NCBI GenBank assembly: GCA_016927115.1
Contig: JAFGNH010000080.1
Coordinates: 1,492-65,491, forward strand
Direction of reading: 5' to 3'
Origin: Anaerolineales bacterium
GTDB taxonomy: Bacteria > Chloroflexota > Anaerolineae > Anaerolineales > E44-bin32
DNA length: 64,000 nucleotides
The first letter of the stretch is position 1. Each line of letters starts with the position of its first letter. Made by a program: the position numbers and the translations under genes. The notes under the pieces were generated by a model that saw only the letters and a program-made list of their open reading frames with translations, was not told the origin of the DNA and made no database searches. Shown here piece after piece: positions 38,237 to 46,436 of the stretch.

Positions 38237-38953
38237 TCAAACGTGTGCGGCGTTGGCCGGCCAGCCGGCAATCAGGGCCTGGTTCCACTCCTGAAAAGAA
38301 GCCAGTTCGGATTCGGGAAACGGGAGGCGGGATTTGGCCATGGCCAGAACCAGCAGGCAGTAGCTCAGGTTTCCCAGGTGGTACGGGCTGATGTACCCCT
38401 GCCGGGTTCCCAGAGTTCGCCACAGATGACTGGTAGTAAAAGACCAGGTGGCTTTGAGCGTGCCGCCGGGGTCCCTGCTGTTTTCGTGCTGCTCAAGCAG
38501 TTTCTGCAGCAGGGTGTATTCAGGCCGTGAAACGAGCACGAAAAATCCATAACGGCAGGGTGCCTGGCAAAACTGACAGCCGCGTGACGGGCGCAGCCGT
38601 TTGTTTTTTTCCGTCCGGGAGGGCAGGGAGCAGATGCGGTCCATCTGCTGTTGAAACAGATAGGCGGCTTCAGGGCTTTCCTGTGCAGTTTGTGCAGCCC
38701 GGCTTAAATCATTTTTTAGCTTTTGATCCGGGATGGGCAGGCGCTGGTGGAAAGCAGTGATACGGCGGCATGATTCAGGGATTGTGCGTGCGAAAAATTC
38801 CGCCTCCGGCAGGTCCGCCTGCAGAGCCAATCCACTGCGGAGAGGAAGGCCTGCCTGTGCAAGAGCATGAATCTGGTCCGGCGGGCAGAAGGAAAGAATG
38901 TACAGGTAGCTGATAGAGGCTTGTATTTCCTGCACGGTGAGAGAATCAGCCAT
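38237..38953 (-). CDS. Cys-rich protein of unknown family (paralog of 34090..34824)
   Basis: 238 aa with GGAG upstream. The conserved blocks are SYLYILSFCPPD, RGCQFCQAPCRYGFFVLVS and HLGNLSYCLLVLAMAKSRLPFP. Confidence 0.7.
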   Translation of the reverse strand: MADSLTVQEIQASISYLYILSFCPPDQIHALAQAGLPLRSGLALQADLPEAEFFARTIPESCRRITAFHQRLPIPDQKLKNDLSRAAQTAQESPEAAYLFQQQMDRICSLPSRTEKNKRLRPSRGCQFCQAPCRYGFFVLVSRPEYTLLQKLLEQHENSRDPGGTLKATWSFTTSHLWRTLGTRQGYISPYHLGNLSYCLLVLAMAKSRLPFPESELASFQEWNQALIAGWPANAAHV

Positions 38954-39004
38954 GGGGTTTTCTCCTTCAAACGATACGGTGGAGGCTGGTTATCGGGTGG
39001 TTCA

Positions 39005-41803
39005 CTACCGTTCCAGCCGCGGCATCGGTGTGTAGAATATTTTGGTCCAGGAGGGCATATCATCCTGGAAGCCTGCAATGATCGCCTGGCCGACTTTCAG
39101 GCGGGCGATGACTTCAGCCTGTTCTTCCTTGAGAGCCAGTGTGCCGGCCATGGTCTGGCGGTCATCAGCGGCGACAAGGCGATGAATGATCTTGAGATTG
39201 GTATTCTTGAGCGCATCGGGCACCAGTTTGGCAGGCACCTGGTCGATAATGGCAAGGCCCTGGCCGTAGGCACGTATTTCCGCGAGGATGTCGGCAAACA
39301 TCTCGCCCATCTTGGCTTGTGGGTTGGCACCGTAGGCAGTCTGAGGCGCCGCACGCAGGATGCGGTGCGCCTCTTCAAAGATGGCCAGGTGGCGCAGATC
39401 ATGCGATTCAGGGGACCCTTCCAGTTCATGCTGTGCCTGACGGTATTCGTACATGAAGTTCAGCAGCAGTGCCATGGTGAGGCACTTGTCGGCATCATCG
39501 CCCATCTGCTGCAGGTTGATTACGACCGGCCGGTCGAACAGGTCTGCCCAGGGGGTGGACTGCTGGCAGTTGAAGGTTTTTCCCTTCCAGCCGCGCAGCA
39601 GGCTGCCAATTCGTGTACGCAGGGCGGCGGTAATATTATCGGTGATACGCTGTTCGTACCCCTTGGATTTCACCAGATCAGAAATTCGATCATAGAGGTT
39701 TTCAAGAGTCGGGCAGCACACACCTGCCGGAGGCAGTTTATCCTGTAGCCATCCCTGGCTGTCATAGAGATCGACCAGGGCTTCTTCGAGAATGACGGGC
39801 AGGATCTCCTGCATCGGAAAGCTGGCGTTGAAGATAGACCGCAATCGGTCCAGGTGCGGCATCACCTGGGCTGTTGCATCCGGCAAACGGACAATGTCGA
39901 ACGGGTTAAGCTGCAGACTGTTGAGTTTCTCGCTGCCCCATTCCGTCCGTCCGGGCATATACACTGCTATTTTGCGATCAAAGGTGCCGGCCTGGTTATA
40001 GGCCAGTGCAAGCTGGACGTATTCCTCTTTCGCAGGTTCAATCACCATGAAGTTGACGTTTCGCTGCATCAGCTCTGAGATCAGCCGGCGGCAAGTATTG
40101 GATTTACCGCTGCCGGTGATTCCGGTGACGAAAACATGCCGCGTGAGTGAATTCAGATCCACTTCATAGGTGAGGTTCCCAACTTCTTCTCCGCCGTCCA
40201 GTATGGCGCCAAGCCGGATCGGATTTTCTTCCTTGCATATGGTGGGCGGGTTCAGGCTGAAACTGGCTGTGGGTTGAACAGGCAGCCCGGGCAGTTCACG
40301 CAGGGGAAGATTCGCGTACAGGGAGAGTTCTTCGGTGTTCAACAGAGTGGTCAGGTTTTCAAAGGCTTCCCCCAGCGGGTGGTGTACACGGTTTGCACTA
40401 TCCGGGGCGAACAGGCGCAGCGGAGGCTGTCGGAAAGCATCCAATGATACCTGGACTTGCCCATCCCAAACAGGATGCAGGTCATGGACCCGGATGGGTT
40501 CAAAGGCGCTTTTTTCACCGCTGACCAGGGCTTTCAGTTGTGATTGGGCCTGGGCGGTGGTTTCAGCCTGATCGCTCATGAGATACACCCCGACATTCCA
40601 GCAGCCCTTGCCGCGGGCAATTTCGAAGCGGGTGACGGTTTCCTGGAGAAGCTGTTCACAGGCTTCGGCGTGTTTGTTGAGGTATTCACGGCCGAAGGAA
40701 AGCGACTCGCTGGAGGATGTGCTTTCGGTGTCGGTGGTGCCGGCGGTCTCGCCGCGGGTCTGTCCGATTGAGCTTGAGGTGCCGCTGGAGGTGGAAGTAG
40801 AGGAAGAGGGCAGCAGCTGGCCGAACATACCCAGCATTCCCGATAGGGCGAAGCCACCCGCCAGCGGGATCATCAGCGCGCCGGCACCGGCCAAACCGAG
40901 TGCCTTCAACCCCTTCCCCACACCGCTGGAATCTGACAGAGCGGTTCCCAGGGCACCACGGCTGCGGCTTTCACTTGAACCGGTGGTGGTGCCCTCCGTC
41001 TCCGATGTAGAACTGCTGTAGCTGACAGAACGGGCGGAACTTTGGGAGGAACTGTCGCTGGTGCTGCGCTGAATGGTGGCTTTCGTAAAAGCGTGGATCT
41101 GGCTGGAAAGGGTACGGCAGTCGTGGATGATCTGGTTTACGCTGCTCTCAGGAACAGGATTGGCAAGTACCATGTACAGGTAGGGTTTACCGCGCAAGCC
41201 GCGCATGAACTGATCAAGGCTCTGGGGGTAGTCCGACGGTTTATCGGATTCGATGGGAGAAGGGATACCCGTGAACGAACGGGCAAAGCGGTATTCACTG
41301 AGAGGAATATGGATTTTACGGACGATCTCGTTGTAATCAGAAACGGCTTTAACCCTGGTCCCGGGCCAATTGGAACACAGGAACTGGCCGAGCTGGTCGG
41401 CAAACAGGCGCGGCTGCCCTCCCGGTGCTTGCGTCAGGATACCGATATAGATATCTGAGCGGAATCCATCGCTACTGATAAGGAACAGCAGGGAATAGCG
41501 CGGGTCGTGGCAGGCAGCAAGGGTGGTCTGGATGGCGCGCAGGTTCCTGGAGAAATCCTCGCTGACAGGCTGGCCAACCTGTTCCAGATGGAAAAAGGCC
41601 ACATCAGGAGGGGGAGGTGGTGCTTCCTCAAGCACACGGACATAGTTGGCGTCGAAGATGGGGCCGTCCAGATAGTTCCTGCTGAGAGCGAACAGCATTG
41701 CGCGTGAAATCAAGTCCCCGGTCGTGGTCAGCATTTCAACCGGAAGCTGATCCAATGGTTCCAGGTCTGTTGGGGCGGGTTCAATGGAGTGGTTCTCTGT
41801 CAT
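39005..41803 (-). CDS. HerA/FtsK-superfamily P-loop ATPase (DUF87-like) with a novel N-terminal domain and a Ser/Thr-rich, Gly-rich hydrophobic insert
   Basis: 932 aa. It has Walker A VTGITGSGKSNT, Walker B HLAIFEEAHRIL and the C-terminal NTNLKIIHRL. Residues ~246-369 (40697..41068) are Ser/Thr low complexity. They flank GLKALGLAGAGALMIPLAGGFALSGMLGMFGQLL, a probable membrane segment. Confidence 0.8.
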   Translation of the reverse strand: MTENHSIEPAPTDLEPLDQLPVEMLTTTGDLISRAMLFALSRNYLDGPIFDANYVRVLEEAPPPPPDVAFFHLEQVGQPVSEDFSRNLRAIQTTLAACHDPRYSLLFLISSDGFRSDIYIGILTQAPGGQPRLFADQLGQFLCSNWPGTRVKAVSDYNEIVRKIHIPLSEYRFARSFTGIPSPIESDKPSDYPQSLDQFMRGLRGKPYLYMVLANPVPESSVNQIIHDCRTLSSQIHAFTKATIQRSTSDSSSQSSARSVSYSSSTSETEGTTTGSSESRSRGALGTALSDSSGVGKGLKALGLAGAGALMIPLAGGFALSGMLGMFGQLLPSSSTSTSSGTSSSIGQTRGETAGTTDTESTSSSESLSFGREYLNKHAEACEQLLQETVTRFEIARGKGCWNVGVYLMSDQAETTAQAQSQLKALVSGEKSAFEPIRVHDLHPVWDGQVQVSLDAFRQPPLRLFAPDSANRVHHPLGEAFENLTTLLNTEELSLYANLPLRELPGLPVQPTASFSLNPPTICKEENPIRLGAILDGGEEVGNLTYEVDLNSLTRHVFVTGITGSGKSNTCRRLISELMQRNVNFMVIEPAKEEYVQLALAYNQAGTFDRKIAVYMPGRTEWGSEKLNSLQLNPFDIVRLPDATAQVMPHLDRLRSIFNASFPMQEILPVILEEALVDLYDSQGWLQDKLPPAGVCCPTLENLYDRISDLVKSKGYEQRITDNITAALRTRIGSLLRGWKGKTFNCQQSTPWADLFDRPVVINLQQMGDDADKCLTMALLLNFMYEYRQAQHELEGSPESHDLRHLAIFEEAHRILRAAPQTAYGANPQAKMGEMFADILAEIRAYGQGLAIIDQVPAKLVPDALKNTNLKIIHRLVAADDRQTMAGTLALKEEQAEVIARLKVGQAIIAGFQDDMPSWTKIFYTPMPRLER

Positions 41804-41830
41804 CAGGAAGCCTTTCAGCGATAGGCCGGC

Positions 41831-43402
41831 TCAGTCCTGAGCAAGCCGGTAGCGGATCGATCCGATGCGGATTTCATCTCCCTGGCGGAAGATGGTTGGC
41901 TGCTGTGGTGCAATACAGGCAGCGTTGAGATATGTTCCATTCGTGCTGCCCAAATCCACCAGGTAGAAAACCTCGCCATCTTTCCTGATTTCTGCATGGA
42001 AGCGGGAGGCCAGATCATCTTTGACCCAGACATCATTCCGGCTTTTCCTGCCGAGGGTTGTGATTCCTTTTATAAGCGGGTATTTCTCTCCGTTTTCCGA
42101 GACAAGATACCAGGCCTCCTGTTTGTTTTCGTCGGACGAGGCAAATGAAATGGTGGGCTGAGGTGCCGGGGTTTTTAAGGAAGAGCGGTTTTGTGAAATG
42201 CCGTATTCGAGTGCAACGCCTTTTACGACAATTTCCTCGGGGTTATCGGAGAGAAGGATTCGATCTTCGCCGAACTGATCGCGCAGGTGACGTACGATGG
42301 TAAACAGCTGTGAACCGCCACCCACCAGAACCACCTGATGGATATCCTCTATAGTGATTCCCATCGACTTGAGTGCGTTTGAGATCAGGTATTCAAAATC
42401 CGCAATCAGGTGGCGGGCGATACCCAGAAATGTGTCTTCCTCGAGCTGCACGGTGCTGCGAAATACGGAACCATCCCGCATAACCACGGTTATAGTACGC
42501 CTTGGTGTATGGAAGGTGCCGCTGGAGTTGAGCAGCTGGCGGCTCAGCGATTCTTTTAATTTACGGGCAGCATTACGCAGCGATATCAGTGCTGTGGGGT
42601 CATCTGCCAGAGCGTGTGCAGGAATTTCAAGTTTTTCAATGAGGTATTTTGCCAGTTCTGCATCATATAATCCGCCCCCGTGAGGTTCCCCGTAGTGGTG
42701 GGTGAATTCAATCTCTCCGGTCCGGGGATTGACTTTTCCGGCGACCATATCAGTTGTGCTTCCGCCGACATCAGCGATCAGGGTAAGGCCTTCAGGCCTG
42801 TCAGACTGCAGAAGTCCCTGGTGATACAGGCTGAGAATAGCTCCTTCAGGTTCCGGAATAAAGCGAATGCGTTCATGCATTGGTGGTTCGAAACAGGCAA
42901 GAATAATCTGTTTGAAGTCGTTAAGAATGCTGCCATCGTAGCCGAACTGCCAATAGACGGGATAGGCAAAGGAAAATCGGATCTGGTTGTTGAAAGGTTT
43001 GTTATACCATTTTTCTTCCTGAAGTTGATTCAAGACAGATTGCAGCAGCATACTGGTGTACGTCAGCGCCTGGTTATGCGTATAACGTTTCTGGTGCGGG
43101 AGGGGCGTTTTTTGCAAATGGGCTCCGATACATGGTTTGAAGTATTCGCGGATTCTTTCACGCACGTCCTCCTGGTCCATCTGTTGTGAAACGGTTTCGC
43201 CGTAGCTTTCAAGTGCTGTTCCGTCTGCGTTCATAAGCAGGGCGGCGGGGAGGTGACGGTCATAGAAGCTTGTGAGGGGGGAAGGCTGCGGATCGCTGAG
43301 CATATGAATGGAGTTTTGCTGGTGGAGATACTCCACGCGGTAAAGACGCCAGTTCGTTGCTCCACAGTCAAAGGCGAAAAGCGTTTCCTGTTGTCCGGTC
43401 AT
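41831..43402 (-). CDS. Hsp70/actin-fold ATPase fused to a C-terminal FHA domain
   Basis: 523 aa. The sugar-kinase/Hsp70/actin motifs are FAFDCGATNWR (phosphate-1), IADVGGSTTD (phosphate-2) and VVLVGGGSQ (adenosine). There is no Hsp70 substrate-binding domain. The C-terminal FHA is TLGRKSRNDVWVKDDLASRFHAEI...LVDLGSTNGTYLN...GDEIRIG. Confidence 0.8.
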   Translation of the reverse strand: MTGQQETLFAFDCGATNWRLYRVEYLHQQNSIHMLSDPQPSPLTSFYDRHLPAALLMNADGTALESYGETVSQQMDQEDVRERIREYFKPCIGAHLQKTPLPHQKRYTHNQALTYTSMLLQSVLNQLQEEKWYNKPFNNQIRFSFAYPVYWQFGYDGSILNDFKQIILACFEPPMHERIRFIPEPEGAILSLYHQGLLQSDRPEGLTLIADVGGSTTDMVAGKVNPRTGEIEFTHHYGEPHGGGLYDAELAKYLIEKLEIPAHALADDPTALISLRNAARKLKESLSRQLLNSSGTFHTPRRTITVVMRDGSVFRSTVQLEEDTFLGIARHLIADFEYLISNALKSMGITIEDIHQVVLVGGGSQLFTIVRHLRDQFGEDRILLSDNPEEIVVKGVALEYGISQNRSSLKTPAPQPTISFASSDENKQEAWYLVSENGEKYPLIKGITTLGRKSRNDVWVKDDLASRFHAEIRKDGEVFYLVDLGSTNGTYLNAACIAPQQPTIFRQGDEIRIGSIRYRLAQD

Positions 43403-43864
43403 GCAGGTTCCCTATGAAGAAAGTTACAATGATGAACGACAATCTGCTGCAAATCTCTCATAACTGTCCGGAAATTTCGGTTGTTGTTCTTGACCAGATT
43501 TTGTGTGGCGTAGCAGGGTACCTGCAATAATAATCAACCTGATGGATGAAGGGGAGACGGTGGGTAGTGAGCCCGGGGTATAGGGTTGTATGCAATTCAG
43601 TAAGGCCACGCGTTTTACCTGGATAAACGACAATCAATCTATTCCGATCTGAATTAGTACGTATGGGCAAAATCATAGTCCTGTTTGGTGTAGATGGCAA
43701 ATTCAGGATACCTGATTTTTACCGAATAGTGGTTTTAGTGAAGGTTTTGTGTAAGGTTGTGAGGAATCCTGGAAAAAAATATATCAGATATTGGTTGAAT
43801 TAAACGAAATGAACAAAATAAATTGTGGGTCTGCTGTGAGGTGGAATCTGCCTTTCATGGGGAG

Positions 43865-43902
43865 AAAAAAGGATTCAGGCACTTGATTTTATGCCTGAAT
43901 CC
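43865..43902 (-). terminator. Rho-independent terminator of the DsbA-like gene
   Basis: A perfect 10-bp stem, ggattcaggc (43871..43880) with gcctgaatcc (43893..43902), and a 12-nt loop. It is followed on the minus strand by TTTTTT (43865..43870). Confidence 0.6.
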
Positions 43903-43927
43903 GGGTTATTAGGTGAGGATGTTTAGG

Positions 43928-44683
43928 TTACTCGGCGGACAGTTCGCTGTCAATAATGGCGTAAAACTGTTCCAGCGGTGCAGCCCCTATAAGCGGAATA
44001 CCATTGATGAAGAAGACCGGTGTGCCGCGGGCGCCAAGTGCAGCCACGAATTCGGCATCTGCAATGATTTCGCTATTGTGGGTCTCACCGGCGAGGCATT
44101 CACTGAATTGATTCGCGTCCAGGTTCAGGTCTTCGGCATATTGAGTATATGCTTCTGTTCCCAGTGCCATTCGGCCGGAATACAGCAGATCGTGATATTC
44201 CCAGTACATATCCTGATCGCCGGCACAGTTGGCTGCAACAGCGGCATCAAGAGAGGTTTGACCGAGGATTGGAAAATCCCGGTAGACAAACTGGATCTGC
44301 CCCGGATACGTGTCCAGAAGGGCCTGGAAGGATTCAGTGTGAAACTTGCGGCAGTAACCGCAGTTATAATCGCCGAATTCAATAAGCTGAATGGGCGCAT
44401 CAGACGGGCCAAACACGGGATCATCGTCGGCATCGACAGGGAACCGCTGTATTTCACCTGGTTCGGTTGTGGGGATTACAGCAGCGGCGTTCTCTGCAGG
44501 AGCCTGCGCGGTCTGCTCTCCGGTAGAATCCATACCCCAGATTGCGTAACCGATGAGTACACCAATCAACAGAGCAACAGGCAGCATCAGGTACAGCTTC
44601 CGGTTTGGATCAGGTGCAGGAGCTTCGTTGGGTGCCTCGTGATCCGTTTCAAGCAAATTAAGGTCTTCTTTGTATTCTTCCAT
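43928..44683 (-). CDS. DsbA-family thiol:disulfide oxidoreductase, membrane-anchored
   Basis: It has an N-terminal TM helix (LMLPVALLIGVLIGYAIW), the thioredoxin-fold active site FGDYNCGYCRKFH, and a C-terminal GTPVFFING. Confidence 0.8.
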   Translation of the reverse strand: MEEYKEDLNLLETDHEAPNEAPAPDPNRKLYLMLPVALLIGVLIGYAIWGMDSTGEQTAQAPAENAAAVIPTTEPGEIQRFPVDADDDPVFGPSDAPIQLIEFGDYNCGYCRKFHTESFQALLDTYPGQIQFVYRDFPILGQTSLDAAVAANCAGDQDMYWEYHDLLYSGRMALGTEAYTQYAEDLNLDANQFSECLAGETHNSEIIADAEFVAALGARGTPVFFINGIPLIGAAPLEQFYAIIDSELSAE

Positions 44684-44806
44684 TCGGAAATTATATCATG
44701 GAGGATTTGATTCGGTGCAGTAGAATAGTATTCAGGCAGGGATGATCAGTCAGTGGTGGATTCAAACTTACTTTGATGGTTAACTGCGAAAATCGAGGAG
44801 AAGAAG

Positions 44807-45280
44807 ATGCAGAAAAAACCGGTTGAAAAACCTCGAGGCTTTTCACGTCTGTTATATCGGTTTCCAATCTGGCTCTACAGAATCGGGTTGGGAGGATTAT
44901 TCGGCAAGCGTTTTATACTTCTTACCCATATTGGGCGAAAAAGCGGGCAACAGCGCCAGGTGCTGCTCGAGGTGATCCGTCTCGATTTAGTTACCGGTGT
45001 TGTTTATGTTATTGCCGCATATGGTGAGAAGGCGGATTGGGTTCGCAATGTGCGGAAAACGCCTTCTATACACGCACAGCTTGGCCGGCAAATGTATGCA
45101 GCCGAAGCAGTATTCCTGGATGAAGAAGGAAGGATCAGGGAATACCTGGATTATGCCAGACGCCACCCAAAGATGGCAGTTTCGTTTCCGGGCATGGTGG
45201 GATACGGGCTGGACGGAAGTGAGGAGGATTTTATCGCTTTTGCGAAGGAAATCGTGATAGTGGCTGTGAAGCCGGCGTGA
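44807..45280 (+). CDS. Nitroreductase-family deazaflavin (F420)-dependent oxidoreductase (DDN-like)
   Basis: 157 aa. The segment LYRIGLGGLFGKRFILLTHIGRKSGQQRQVLLEV...AAYGEKADWVRNVRKTP follows the DDN/split-barrel family pattern. Confidence 0.7.
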   Translation: MQKKPVEKPRGFSRLLYRFPIWLYRIGLGGLFGKRFILLTHIGRKSGQQRQVLLEVIRLDLVTGVVYVIAAYGEKADWVRNVRKTPSIHAQLGRQMYAAEAVFLDEEGRIREYLDYARRHPKMAVSFPGMVGYGLDGSEEDFIAFAKEIVIVAVKPA

Positions 45281-45359
45281 TTGTGCACCAGAGCGGATCC
45301 AGTCTGGCAGTCAGGACAAGTTCCATTATGAAAAAAAACAATGTGCTGGGTGGTATGAG

Positions 45360-46436
45360 CTATTTCTCAGCAGACATCTGCGTCAGGAATTCCTGTGCTG
45401 ACTTGCGTTCGTGTGCGAAACTTATTTCTCGCGTGAAATAATCCTGGTCTCCCAGTACCAACTCTTCTTCATCGGCTTTAGTTGCCCAGTAGTAAAGTGT
45501 TTTCCTGATTTTTTCAAAGCAGGGGTCGTCAAAACTCACGCTATTATGGGCCATAAGGACAGCAAGCCTTGCCTGGTCCCGCCATTCATAATCCCAGTTC
45601 AAAGCTTTCTTAAGCAGGGGTTCGATTTCCTGATACGAATACTTGTTGAATTTTTCCAGCAAGCGATCAAGTCCGCCTTTGATCATGTCGACTGCTGCGT
45701 TCTCCCGATCCGAGGCAGGTTTCCATTCGAGTCTGTATAACGAAGATTCGGCTGCTTTACGAAGCGATTCGGCCTGATTTTCCAGGAAAGGAGCCAGTTG
45801 TGGGATCGTCCCGTCGATTTTGATAGACCCAAGCGCCTCGATTACGCTGATCCTGACTGTGACATTATCGTGATCAAGAAGAGAAAGAAGCGACTTTTGA
45901 ACTGCTTCAATGGGGTTGTATCGAAGGCTGTACACAGCAGCCTTGATGACCATAATGGAAGGATCATCCAGCATGTTGAGGAGAAAATCTGTTTTACGAT
46001 TGTCCTTCAGCATTCCCATAGCTTCCACTGCATTTACGCGTATCGTTTTTTCCCTGTGATCCAGGAGGGGGATCAGGGCATCAATAAAGGCAGAGTGAGA
46101 AAGCCGGGTTTTCAGGGCGGAAATAGCAGCACTACATACTATGGGATTTTCTGCCCGCAGTTCAGTCAGGATTTCTTCGGGTTCGAGCTGTGTAAAAATG
46201 GAAAAAGCAGCCGCAGTGAGACTCTCGGTGAGGTATACGGGCGTTGTCTTGAGACTATTGATTGCGGTGATACCTGCTTTTCCCGTATGTTCAAGCAAAT
46301 TGAGAATACTCTTATTTGCGGAGGTTATATTTGTAGTATTTCCCTGTAACCCTGGATTTCGGAGAGCCGCTACCAGATCAGATGCAAGATTTTCATTTTC
46401 GCCAGCCGGAACCCCAATTTTTTCCAATGCGCTCAT
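45360..46436 (-). CDS. HEAT-repeat protein
   Basis: It has repeated LLDHxxxxVRxxAxEALG-type units (LLDHREKTIRVNAVEAMG, LDDPSIMVIKAAVYSL, LLDHDNVTVRISVIEALG). Confidence 0.7.
   Translation of the reverse strand: MSALEKIGVPAGENENLASDLVAALRNPGLQGNTTNITSANKSILNLLEHTGKAGITAINSLKTTPVYLTESLTAAAFSIFTQLEPEEILTELRAENPIVCSAAISALKTRLSHSAFIDALIPLLDHREKTIRVNAVEAMGMLKDNRKTDFLLNMLDDPSIMVIKAAVYSLRYNPIEAVQKSLLSLLDHDNVTVRISVIEALGSIKIDGTIPQLAPFLENQAESLRKAAESSLYRLEWKPASDRENAAVDMIKGGLDRLLEKFNKYSYQEIEPLLKKALNWDYEWRDQARLAVLMAHNSVSFDDPCFEKIRKTLYYWATKADEEELVLGDQDYFTREISFAHERKSAQEFLTQMSAEK

Noticed and set aside
38867-39748. 293-aa plus-strand ORF
   Set aside because: It is antisense to the C-terminal ATPase domain of 39005..41803 and to the start of 38237..38953. 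It has no family features.
43913-44710. 265-aa plus-strand ORF
   Set aside because: It is antisense to the DsbA-like gene, which has a CGYC active site, a TM anchor and its own terminator.
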